Shown in pieces: positions 1 to 11,557 of a DNA stretch of 64,000 bases (within the stretch, counting starts at the first letter, position 1; each line of letters begins with the position of its first letter). The notes beneath the pieces are model-generated. The model was not told the origin of the DNA, did no database searches, and saw only the letters and a list, made by a program, of their open reading frames with translations. Location of the stretch: the NCBI GenBank assembly GCA_045837725.1, contig JBEWZL010000253.1:1-64000 (forward strand), written 5' to 3'. This DNA comes from Vermamoeba vermiformis. Lineage: Eukaryota. A program made the translations under genes and the position numbers.

Positions 1-1315
1 GTGATGTTGCTCTTGGATCGAATGAACCCATTGAAAATTATTTTATAAAGAAGCAAAAAAAAGAAGACCCAAGTATTAAAATAGGTATGTATAGGCAGTA
101 ATTAAGAATATTATTTGTATAATTAATTAAAATTATTGAAAATTGCAGAACAAAAACCTTTGCTACTTGCGAATCCGACCTACCGCGTCAAATTAGGACC
201 TGCTAATTGGAAAAAAGGAATAAAAATAGACGGAAATAATGGTAGGTGCTATGAGGTTCTTAATAGGTGTCTAATTAACCCGGTGAAAATTTAGATCCGA
301 ACTCGATCAGACTTCTTTTCGAAGATGGTATCTTTGGAGACTATCCAACAAATAATTGTATACAAATGGAAGAATATGAAGAGATTGATTGGTTTAATTT
401 CACTGAAGATTGCGTGCCTGATTATCTGAACCACAATTTAGATATTTTATTCGTACGTAGCGATCTCACGAGGCTAATATTTCTAAATTTGGAAATTATT
501 AGCCAATTTTAATCGATTATCCAGCTCGTATTTTATGAAAAGAGTTACTAACGAAATTTGGATCCGACTTAGATTGGTTACAACCCTGGATTAATGTCCG
601 CTGCTAAAAAACATCATTATTCGAACCCCACGAATCATTTTTGGAAGTTGCTGAACGAGTCGGGTGAGTTTGACACTTTGACACTTTTGACACGCAAACG
701 TCGTTCTGATGCTTGGTGTAGGACTCATCAAAGACAAAGTTACGCATGAAGACGATGTACATTTAGTAGAAAAATATAATATGGGATTAACTAATATAGT
801 CGTGCGAAAATGTAAGTCGGAGTAATCGCTGGATCTGATCAGGATCCAAATTTTCATTATTCAACCAACCTCAACATTGTTTCTCTATATCATCGAGAAT
901 ATGAATATATGCTTAATGTTTCTAATACTATTATTCAGCACGAGGCACTGATGAGTTGACGCCATCAGAATTGAAATCAGGCGGAGAATTGCTACGGAAA
1001 AAAATCCAACAATACAAGCCGAAAATAGTTTGTTTTAACGGCAAACAAGTGTTCACGTATTTTGCACGCGTTAAAACAGTTGCATGGGGCAGACAACCGA
1101 AGATGAGCGAGTTCGGCGAGACCGAGCTGTTCGTTATCCCTTCGACCAGCGGCCGTGTCACGCACTTTACTAAAAAAGACAAATTGGCGTTTTTTACGGA
1201 GATGAAAGACGTGTTGGACCAAATAAACAAGAACGCACCGAGTGAAGAAAAGCAATTGAAGGAAGAAGAGATCAAACAAGAAGAGGAGAATAAGCCCCCA
1301 ATAAACCTCGTTTGA
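1..1315 (+). CDS. TDG: G/T(U) mismatch-specific DNA glycosylase (TDG/MUG family), 5'-truncated by window edge, multi-exon
   Basis: Spliced exons give [44 protein letters not shown]...GLTNIV...[26 protein letters not shown]...FVIPSTSGR, which are the GxNPG, NHFW and PS(S/T)S motifs of family-2 UDGs. Stop at 1313-1315. Confidence 0.9.
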
Positions 1316-1965
1316 TTTCATCACGCAATTCAGAGAAGGTACTCTAAACATCAAACGGCAAAAAGGCGGTTCTACCAGGGTCCGTTGGAACTTGGCGTAA
1401 AATGTTTGAACTTACCACATCCAATGTCAACCTTCAGCATAATCAGAGCCGATCATAATACTATTCAATGTGCTTGCAACTCTCGCTGACGTTGCGAGTG
1501 TCCGCGAAAGCTGGCGCAAACTACAAATACGATGGATTCAACGAGACAGATCAAAGGAACTTGAGCCAATTTATTAATGAAAATTATTCAATCGATCCCA
1601 AACTTAGGGATTTCAACTTAGGGCAGCACGCGGGCAGAGTCTAAAAATAGAAGGTACGTGTCTTGACTTCTTTCGTTGACGACAAGGGCGCGTTATAACA
1701 GTGCAAGACAGGACCGTCTGGAGTTTCATAACAACTGAGTCGTACGAAGTACAATACTTGAACAGATCTGAGGCAGAATTCGGGTCGGTAGGTCAAACGC
1801 TACTTTTCAAATTAATGGAAGGTCGTTGTTTTCGTTTGAAACGGAAATCGTGACGCGTGTCAACTATCGCTCGGGTATCCACCGTGTCCCAGAATTGTTT
1901 TATGGCATTGGATGAAGATACGCGCTAATTAGCTCTGCCTTGATAATCATAATACATTTGTTTAT

Positions 1966-2319
1966 TTAGGAAACGATGCATGGTTTCCTTTTACTAGATT
2001 TGGAGTTTGGATTTACTGGTGTCATTTCGGGTTGTTCTTTTTTCTCTTCAGCGGGCTCTGGCGGCAGTATATCAGCCGATGGCTCTGGTTGGTATTCTTC
2101 TTTCTCTGCAACGGTTCATGTTAGAAAATTCTAGTCGAGATCTAAAAAAATCTTACCGTTAGATGCATTATCGGCAGGGGCCTCCACTTCAGGAGGAGAT
2201 TGTTGGAATTTGGGAGGTAATGGAATAGGTGCGGGTCGTCGAGGAGGGCCATAGGGTTCAAACGAATTTTTGCCGCTGGTAAAAACTAGCATTCTTGTGG
2301 CTGGTGCTTGCTTCGACAT
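1966..2319 (-). CDS. Small proline-rich CaaX protein, RMLxxTSGK family, copy 1 (2 exons)
   Basis: ATG 2319; intron 2156-2106 (GTAAG...CTAAC...CAG) keeps frame; motif RMLVFTSGKNSFEPYGPP; ends KSSKRKPCIVS*. Confidence 0.75.
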
Positions 2320-2779
2320 TGCAAAATATAGAATATTCTTATTTAAATTTAAATTGATTGCTCTTATTGCCTTGCAATTGCTAGCTTACAAAGAAACAAA
2401 AAAGAAATCGAAAATCGGTTTCAACGATCTGGCATTTTTCTGACGTCTGTAGGTAAACACATTTTTTAGCTGAAACAAGATTGAATTTGCTACTTATACC
2501 GTATACGGAGTTCTTAGATATGATACTACCCAACATTCAACACTGGATCTTGCTCGTATCCGGATCCCGATTTGTTTCCCGAGAATTCGGGTATCTCCGA
2601 TCGTAAATACGACTACACAATTTTCTAGTGGCTAATCATGAATGCCATTTATGAAGATACGAGCGGTACGTACCTAAAAACAAACAATTTTAAAAATTAT
2701 TATTGATGAGATCAGTACTTTACCCGCAAAATTGTAAGCATAATTTATAATATTAACGAAATACATATTTTTTTCTAAT

Positions 2780-2971
2780 TTACAAAACAATGCATCTGCT
2801 TTCGGTTTTTTCTTCATTATTCGACTCGGCTTCTTGTGACTTGGGCGGTTTAATAGCAGGCGGCTCATATATGTCATATAAGTCCTTGCCACTAGTCATA
2901 GCAAGCATTCTTTCGGCTTTGAGATTAGACATAATTGGTTCAACGATCTCCGGTTTATTTTCTGGATCCAT
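2780..2971 (-). CDS. Small CaaX protein, RMLxxTSGK family, copy 2 (63 aa, single exon)
   Basis: ORF contains RMLAMTSGKDLYDIYEPP and ends SRCIVL*. Confidence 0.75.
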   Translation of the reverse strand: MDPENKPEIVEPIMSNLKAERMLAMTSGKDLYDIYEPPAIKPPKSQEAESNNEEKTESRCIVL

Positions 2972-3188
2972 GAAAGATACTTGATCTATCTAATATTGGT
3001 ACGATCGATAGTTCGTAGTTGAAGTGCAAAGTGGTGTTAACGACGGCAGGAGGATAATCTTTTGACGTTTTTGGTTCGTTGGCCTATTCCCAAATTTATT
3101 GCCGAAGAACCGGAAGCATCAGTGATTATTTATTATGTTAAATTTTTACAGTGATATTTATAGAAATACAGCAGATGTTTGATTTATT

Positions 3189-3507
3189 TTATGCAACGTT
3201 GCATCTCTCTTTCTCTTTTGATTTTTTCTGCTCAACCTTTGGAGGCGTATAGACCTCGTATCCGTCCTTACCACTAGTATCCATTAGCATTCGCATGATT
3301 TCTACTGATACTCGTCGGTCTATTTCTGAATTATAACGGTTAGATTCGGATCGGAGATCCAAAATCAATCTTACCAGGTTGTGGTGGTTGAGCTGGTTGC
3401 GCGTCTTTATGAGGTGGAGGAGGAGGTGGTGAGTAGGGCTCAAAGCCTTGCTTGCCACTCGTTGCCATTAACATTCTCGGTGGTGCGGGGTGATTGTTGT
3501 TCGACAT
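3189..3507 (-). CDS. Small CaaX protein, RMLxxTSGK family, copy 3 (2 exons, motif present twice)
   Basis: ATG 3507, MSNNNHPAPPRMLMATSGKQGFEPYSPPPPPP; intron 3374-3326; then RMLMDTSGKDGYEVYTPPKVEQKKSKEKERCNVA*. Confidence 0.75.
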
Positions 3508-4046
3508 CTCGATCGTTGAAACAAATCAGCAATAAATTCAGCTCCGATCTTTTAAAAAATTGGTATGTGTATTATTGTGCTAATAGAGTATGAAACTAAA
3601 GAGCGAAAACAAATCAACCGAATCCGTAATTTTTCTGACATGTCAACTTTGACAAGAATGCACTTCATTTGCCAAGATTTTACCTACGTTTTTATACATG
3701 GCTCCATTATACCTTTCTAGAAAGAATAGGAATCTGACGATATTATTTCCACCATTAATCTGCCGCGAGCGGATGTCGGCCTTTAGTTGATACTGTTATT
3801 GTTGGGCCTTGACTGTCAGTTAATTCAGCGTTACTAATATACTTAAGTACGGAGATCGAATAAAATTGCAATTATTAGAACTTGTGAGGGAGTTGTAACG
3901 AAAGAATTGGATGACACGTGTCAACAACAAACTTCCAACTACGAACCGAGGTTGATTAATTGAGTTAAAGTAGGATCTGTGTAGTTCATTATATTGTAAT
4001 ACAAAGCCTTTAAAGGATTGAATTCGGGCTGGGATCTGTCACAGAT

Positions 4047-4860
4047 CTACAACAACAAAAGCAGCGCTGAAAATAGACTGCCGAAGGAAATCATCAACTT
4101 GCCGTCAGCACTGCTAGCCTTGGGAGTTGAAGTAGTGCTCTTTGGCGTGTTTGTTGGTTGTGGCGAACTTGCGACAGGGCTCGCGGACGTAGGACTACTG
4201 ATCGGTTCAGACGCGGATGGAGCCTGCGGAGGTACTCCGACGACACAATAGGCGTAGGTAGAGTTCGTGCATGTACCATCAGAGCCAGTAATAGTTGTTA
4301 GTAACGAACTAGCAGAGCAGTTGTTGGTGCTAAATCGTTCGAGCGTGATCTCGCCATTGAGCGTGCAAGTATTGTTGACGTAAAAAGACATATCAAAAAC
4401 ATTAAAACAGCCAGTTATGGAGGGGTTAACTTCAAAATCAATATTAATAACAATAAATCGAGTAAAAATAATTAATAAAGTTCTTACACAGGATTCGTTC
4501 GTCAAGTGCAGTTTCGTTGCCACAATCAGTCGTAGTGTAGCTCGAAATATAAGATAGACCATCTACTACCTGAGACGGTTCGCTGCAGGTGATATACAAC
4601 CATAAATTATCCGCGACAAGGGAACAAGGGGTGTCAGAACAACCGTCCCCGACAATACCAACCTGAAAATAATAATTAAATTACAGGAATTTTTGTAGGC
4701 TATTTAAAAATATTACTTGGTATTCAAAAACGAGAGATTCTGTCGTGTTGCATCCTTCAGCGTTATAGTATCTTGACCGCTGCGACGCAGGAACTTGACA
4801 GGCAACAAATTGAATAATAGCTGCGCATAAAATTGCAGCGAGGGCGAGTTGTGGCTTCAT
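4047..4860 (-). CDS. Secreted, probably GPI-anchored Cys-rich surface protein with S/T/P stalk, copy A
   Basis: Signal-like N-terminus MKPQLALAAILCAAIIQFVAC, Cys-rich body, S/T/P-rich stalk and hydrophobic C-terminus ...SSADGKLMISFGSLFSALLLLL*. Paralogous to the neighbouring gene. Confidence 0.75.
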
Positions 4861-5165
4861 CTTTTTGAATTGAAAAGTAAATAGAACCGATTTCTGTCGG
4901 AGATTTTTTCCGACCGCGGCAAAGTTAAGCAAGTCAATCTCACCTTGACATATTGATATTATTAACCGTACGCTTATAATACTTGGGTGCATCTTAATGC
5001 AGGTATTGCTTTGGAGTAACACTTGTCGTGACATCTGTCATTTAACGGATCTTGATTTTACATGTACGTTATTGGAAACAATTGCAACTATAAATATCTA
5101 TATAAATGAGGGATATAATTGCTAAATTTAGCCCAAAAAGATCAATTTTACTCGCCGCACAAGAA

Positions 5166-5996
5166 TTACAAAAGTAAAACAGCTGATAAAATGCTGGTGA
5201 AAGAAACGGCAACTAGTTTACCAGTGCTGCTTGCTTTAGGAGTAGGATTGGCTTTAGGCGTGTTCGTATTGGGGGACGTAGGAGCTGTTGGCGATAAAAT
5301 TGGACCAGATTCGGGTTGGATCGTAGGTTCGGATGCAGATGGTGAATTTTGAGGTGCATCTACACTGCAAAAAGCATAGACAGAGTTGTCGCATGTACCA
5401 TCTGATCCTGTTATAGACTCGATCACATCGCCAGCGCTGCAATCGACGGATGTGTGTCTCTCGATCGTAATGTTTCCGTTAGCGTTGCAAGTGTTATTAA
5501 TAGAAATTGAATAAGTGGATGTAATGACGTTCAGGCAAGCCGTAGTGGTATTGCGATGGACTAAAATCAAAAATTGTCGGTTAACGATTTTGGATTTACA
5601 AAGATAAATAAATTAAAAATACCAGTAATTACTTACAAATTACTCTTTCATCAAGCATGGTGTCATTACATTCAGAACCCATAAATCTCGAAACGTACGA
5701 GAAATTGTCGACGAGGGACAACGAAACGTTGCAAGCTACAGAAACCCAAAGATCCCCGTTTTGTGTGCATGCTCGCTCTGAGCAGCCATCTGGGATGATA
5801 CCAATCTATCATAGCTAATTAATCTAAGTGATTTTAGCGAGGGCATTTACAATATACTGACTTGGATCTGGGCAACGAGAGATTCGGTCGTGTTGCAACC
5901 TTCAGCGTTGTAGTATTGATGCAGCTGTGACATTGGCTGCGCTACGACGCAATGCACGGCGACATATAGAATAGCGAAGATGAGTTGTGGCTTCAT
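5166..5996 (-). CDS. Secreted, probably GPI-anchored Cys-rich surface protein, copy B
   Basis: MKPQLIFAILYVAVHCVVAQ; shares YYNAEGCNTTESLV, ITGSDGTC and PSASEP with copy A; ends KASSTGKLVAVSFTSILSAVLLL*. Confidence 0.75.
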
Positions 5997-6367
5997 TGTT
6001 GAAATAACTGAAACATAACGCATGCGACATCAAACCACAAGCAGCACAAACAGACGCGCCAACAAGATCTTATCCATTTGAATTTCTAGATAAAACAGGC
6101 TTTGAAATGAAATCTTGTTAATTTTCCTGCCTAATCCATGGCAGTTGATCGATCGATCGGATATTCATCAATTTTCTTCGTATTTGCAACATTTCGCGAG
6201 ATGTTTTGCGGATAACGCGTGATCACGACTAATAATGTTAACTTATCTAATCAATGCTAATAAGATCAACAATTTTGACATCGTTGGTCAGTTCGCCAAC
6301 TGCATCCAAGCCAAAATAAAAGTCACATTTACTGTACAAGGATTTAATTCTGATAGTGGAACTAGAA

Positions 6368-8405
6368 TTACACGGGAAGATAAAGCGTATAAAACACACC
6401 AATGATGTAAAGTCGGATAATTAAACTCCACGTCAGGGAAGTATTGACTTGTGCCAGTTTTCGGTTCCAACGGATGTACTGCGAGAAGAGGTAAAAGGCA
6501 CTCAATTCTGTCGCATAGACCATGTTTCGTATTAAATACTGCCATATTGATCCATTGATAATTGATCCAATTGCTGTGCTCCAATCTACTGTCAAAAAAA
6601 TAACTCCGAAGCAAAATATCCGAAGCAAATCCGGATGTGACACATTAAGATTTCCGCTGTACCGATTTCTGTTTGCTAGATCTTCAATTATATATTCATA
6701 GCTGCATATAATAATACAATAGGCTGCAAAATTCGTGAAATCAAAAAACATTCCTGAACTGCCAATGAAACAAGCAATTACTACGTTAATAATTGCGCAA
6801 ATGAGCCAAATTAATTTTTTGGTTTCTGATTGATATGGCATCATATAGCCTAGTAATAGTAATAGCATTGATATTATGACTGCAGATCCGATGATTTGTT
6901 GTGCCAATGAAAAATATACTGATGTGAATAATAGGTGCATAATGTCTGATACTATACTAGGCATGTATGCGTAACCTAATGTTTGAGCCAAAGCGCGACC
7001 CCTCGGTAACATTCCTAAAAAGGAAATTTCAATAATTTTTTTGGTGGCAGATCCTGATGGGAAAATTACCGATTTTTGGGACGGAGGCAATAGGAAGCTT
7101 TCTGAATCGGTAAATTTGTTCGTGTGTTAATCGCAAAGGTAGCGTAAGATGTTCAAGTTCGATGATTATTTCGGCAATTCCATTCTGCTGTTCTGGATCT
7201 GCATTTCGATCTGCGTACCATTTGAGTATAATAGAGCCATTGCCAAGCACATAAATAACTGATTCTTGTTTTTGATAGGGTGCTCGAACTTTCGCCAAAT
7301 ACCTGTCATAAAGAACTGTAAAAATTCTGTCATTTGATTTTGACACGTAACGGTTGACACGTGTCAAACAATTTTTTCACGTGTCAAGTCAAAATTACTT
7401 GTTTAGGTAAAAATTTTAAAGAATATCATATGCTCGAATTTGAATCGGATATGTTATTACAAGCGACGATTAACTTAATTAAATTAAATTTTCGTGCTTA
7501 CTTCTTGGGTTGATCTTGAGCTCGTAATATCGCAGCAATTCCATTCGCACTTTCTAAATTAGCATCGATAATCTTTTTGCCCCTTTGCTGCGCCAAAACT
7601 GCGTCCTCGTACAGCCATTGCAAATCGTACCATTCCTGAAGACCGAATGTTAGTACAATATAATTAAATAGGTATTATCCAAAAAATGTATATATGCAGC
7701 GAGTAATCTTGAAGCAATTTAAATAATTAATGAACGCAATTAGGCCAATTATTCAACGCGACGCATCTGGCAAGGTTAAATTAATATGCGATTGAATTCA
7801 GATAATCGATCAAAGTGATAGTAATATAGCCATATTATATATTACCGTTGGATATTCGAGCCAGTCGATCTTGAGTGCCATTTGTTGTTCCAGTTTTTCA
7901 ATATTGAATGGTCTCGTTGGCCTAATAGCAAATTAACCTTTTTGTCTATATATAGTAATAATGCACTATGTTTTAGTGTGCAGTACTCTTGGCTTGACTT
8001 ACAGCTGCTTAAAAAAATGCTGCGGAGAGATCGTGGATGCTACACCGTTCCAATACTTGCTGACTCGTCTACAGTTTCTTAAAAATTCGATATCGTTACT
8101 GCCTATTATATTTGATAATATCTCCTAAAATTTAGGTTTGTTAGAAATCGAAAAAGGTCGATCGACAAAAAGTGTTTATTTGAAATTTGCACGTAATTTA
8201 AAATACTAATTAAAAAATATGTTCTTACCAGCGGTAATAATTGATCTATTAGAGCTGACGAAGGATCATATTTGAATAATCTTCCACGCTTTCTTTTTTT
8301 AGTCAGCTGTAAACGTTTAACGAGTTGTTTTCCGCGGCTGATTACTGCGGATAATATATAAATAGATATTATAATAATGGTTAATAATAGCGTCACGTAA
8401 ATCAT
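6368..8405 (-). CDS. Uncharacterised multi-pass membrane protein (multi-exon; model approximate)
   Basis: Hydrophobic N-terminus MIYVTLLLTIIIISIYILS; internal exons (e.g. EWYDLQWLYEDAVLAQQ); an intron at ~7069-7017 joins ORFs 7029-7367 and 6368-7090; the last exon has several hydrophobic segments. Confidence 0.5.
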
Positions 8406-8551
8406 GTTGTTACGTTGCGGCCGAGTTAAAAAAATAAATTTGTTTGGCTTTACTTTTAGTTTACTCTCGTAAATGGTCTCCACAAATCGAAGATTGCATT
8501 AAATAAGTGCACGCTAGAATTATTTGATATTTAGAGGCTCGTTATACAGCA

Positions 8552-11458
8552 ATGGAGAACTCTGTCAGCGAGGTTTCGAATCTGAAGGATTTTCGGCAGC
8601 TATTTTTGGAAAAATATCCGCAGCCCACGAATTTATTTAATATGGGTGGTAGTTGCACCCTGATTGCGCAAGTAAGTCAGCATATTTATTTAATTATTAA
8701 TAATTGAAAATGATTTTTTGTGAGTCTTGCGCCCCAAATCCTTGCCCAGTCATTCTTACGTTCTTCTCAGGCCTTAGAAAGCAAAAATTGGGACGTTGCA
8801 AAACGCTACTGCATTATTCGTCACTGGTATATAACCAAATACTGCGGTAAGCAACAAACGGAAGCTTTCTGGCCAGATCTGGAAAACAATTTCGAAACGA
8901 CGATCAAATCTTACGAAGACAAATACAATTTAGATTGGAGCGAGTTATTAAGTAAGAAGCCATTATTATGGCTATTCATTTTATTCTAATTTTTTTTGTG
9001 CAAGATGCGGAGTTGAAATTTACGCGTGCTCGTAGCACTCGCGAATACGTGCAAAAAATACTTAAGGCATTAATAGACAATAATATGATCACACTCAACG
9101 ATACAATCCATCGATTGAAGGTCTTTTTCAAGGCGTTTGATCTTGGCGCGAAGTTTCAAGAACCGGAGTTCTATCTCAAAGGAGTAACTTATACAGAGTC
9201 ATTGGAGTATTATATAGCTACTTCGAAGAATATTAGAAAATCAGATCGACTGCAGATCTTGAGTTTTTTAGCGAAGCGCGGAGCACTTACGTTAGAGCCC
9301 AGCGGATTCCAAAAAATATCAACGCCATTTATGTTGATTATTAAATCTAATATACTGGCATTGAAGATATTTTTGAGGCATCCTGAAATTCACAAACGTA
9401 AGAAAAAAAATTGGGATCGGATCCAAGGTGGATCTGCCAAACAAGTTTCTTTAATATAATATGACCATATTAATCGATTTATATAGTTAAGGATTATCGA
9501 GGAAAAACTATACTGCATCATCTTTTCAAGTATTATCCGATGATGCCCTTTTTGAAGAATTTTACGTACGAGCAATTGAAGTACATGCTTAAACAAAGGT
9601 ATAATATTTATAATATTTATAGTAATGACGTGTTTGAGTAATTTTATATGTCGCAGTTCGGAAAAATCTGAAATCAGGCAGTGGAATAACAGAATAATTA
9701 TTAAAGAAACTCCGCTCGACGTTATGTTGTCATCTCGTGGAGTTTATCCTTCAAGTACGTACCGGATCATTATGAAATAAGTACTTAATTAACATTTATT
9801 TTATTAAGTGTTTTTTCGGGCCATTAAGGAGCTAATTCTTGAAAGACAAATAGTTGGTGAATTTTTAAAAAAGCCGACATATAGCACTTTGGGATTTCAA
9901 GGAAGATATTTCTTGGCTAGCCTAGGTGTTCGAAATGATGACATACAGATGGTATTACACAGTACGTAGTCAGAGGAGGACAAAAACGAAATTTGTAGCG
10001 AACAGATGCAGATCTTATTTCTCGTTTAAGCGAATCGTTATTATATAATAAGTATTCTACGTTATATTAATACTAATATATATATTTATTTTAAGATTAT
10101 GCAAAGGCAGTGAGGAAGAACAAAGGGAAAGCAAAATTAATCTCGCCGGGAGATACAACTTTTCCATTAGAGTCCTTGCCATTGGAAATAGCGCACCTTA
10201 TATTTGTTGAACTGGACTATGCATCAACTCGTAGTTTATTATCGGTATCAAGAGCTGTATTCAATCTCAAAACAAAGTTCAGCGAGGTGATGTACAACGA
10301 GCTCATAAGAAAAGAATTTCCAGCGAATACAGGCTACAGCGTAAAAGGACGACGGGGCTATTTCAATCTGGCAAAGTAAGCGCATTCTCAAGCAGATCCG
10401 CTCAACTTAAAATTTCGAAGAAAAATGTTTAAATTTTTTATTTGTACAGGCGTTATACGAACTGGAAAAACGGAGTATTTAATGTTCGACAAATCGAATG
10501 GTCAAAAACTAGGCCACGAATTGAACCTAGGATGTGCACTATGGATGAAAATTGGTTAGCTTTCAGAACAGATCGCGAGTTCAAATTATGGGACTGCCAT
10601 AACGACGAGATACATCCCTTGGATGGGTTCAATATCGACACCTTAACTTCGATTTCATATCTTGAATCGCGCCCAGGAGAAATTCCAGTCGTAGTTGGCT
10701 TTTCAACGAATCAGTACTCCGTAATTGTAACCGGCAGATCCGCTCAGAAAGTTATCAAGAACGTAACGGGACCTGGTTCAGGAGGATTATTCGCAGAAGC
10801 TATTGATAATGACCGCGTCTTCATCGGCGGAAGTAAGTTTCAATCCTATGCCCAAATTAGGAAACTAACAACTTTAATTTTTTAGTTGGTCGAGTTTACA
10901 GCGTTGAAAAAGAAAAAGAAGTCGGCCAATTGCAAGTTGAGTCTTATCGTATGACACACGGCAAATTGAATCCTCTTAATGATTTAATTTTTACGTACAT
11001 GGTCAACGACAACGACAAGCTTATCGCTGCTTTTGATAAGAATTATACAAAAGTGGCGTCTGTAGCTGTAGAGAAAAACTTTGACGGTGGATTCAGATTC
11101 GTTGATGAACATACAATTGTAGCGACTCGTTTCGATTGTTCGGCAATTTGGGATCTGCGCAAGTCAGATCAGCCACGAGAATTCGTCAATATGAGGGTAA
11201 TCACATTATATTATTCCTAATTAACTAGATTTAACGTATTCTAATATGATTCAGATCGACAACATGTACTGTAACCGTTACGCGCTAACGTCGTACGCGG
11301 AACAACGACAAGCAGTGATTTGGGACCTCGTAACTGGCCAATGGGAGACAAGCATCATATTGCCTGATGATATTCGGTATCAACCCATGGGCAACTCGAG
11401 ATACGTCTGTTGGGAAACCTTCAAACCAATCTTTTGTTTGTTGGATTTCCAAACTTAG
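8552..11458 (+). CDS. Degenerate ankyrin-like region + F-box + WD40-like propeller protein (probably one gene)
   Basis: F-box FPLESLPLEIAHLIFVELDYASTRSLLSVSR at ~10160-10255; WD-like ends (KLWD, AIWDLR, VIWDL); upstream TPF/TPL ankyrin-like motifs; a phase-1 intron 9962-10095 links the upstream exons to the ATG-less F-box exon. Confidence 0.55.
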
Positions 11459-11557
11459 TAAATTCGAATTTTTTAGTTGCAAATTCAGGTCCTTATTGCG
11501 CACTTTTAAAGTAAAAAATGGATTTTATTACATAAATAGAGGTGCAAGGCTAAGGTT

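Noticed and set aside
1320-1930. Relatively GC-balanced spacer after TDG, possible ncRNA or hidden gene
   Set aside because: No convincing ORF, splice pattern or recognisable RNA motif found.
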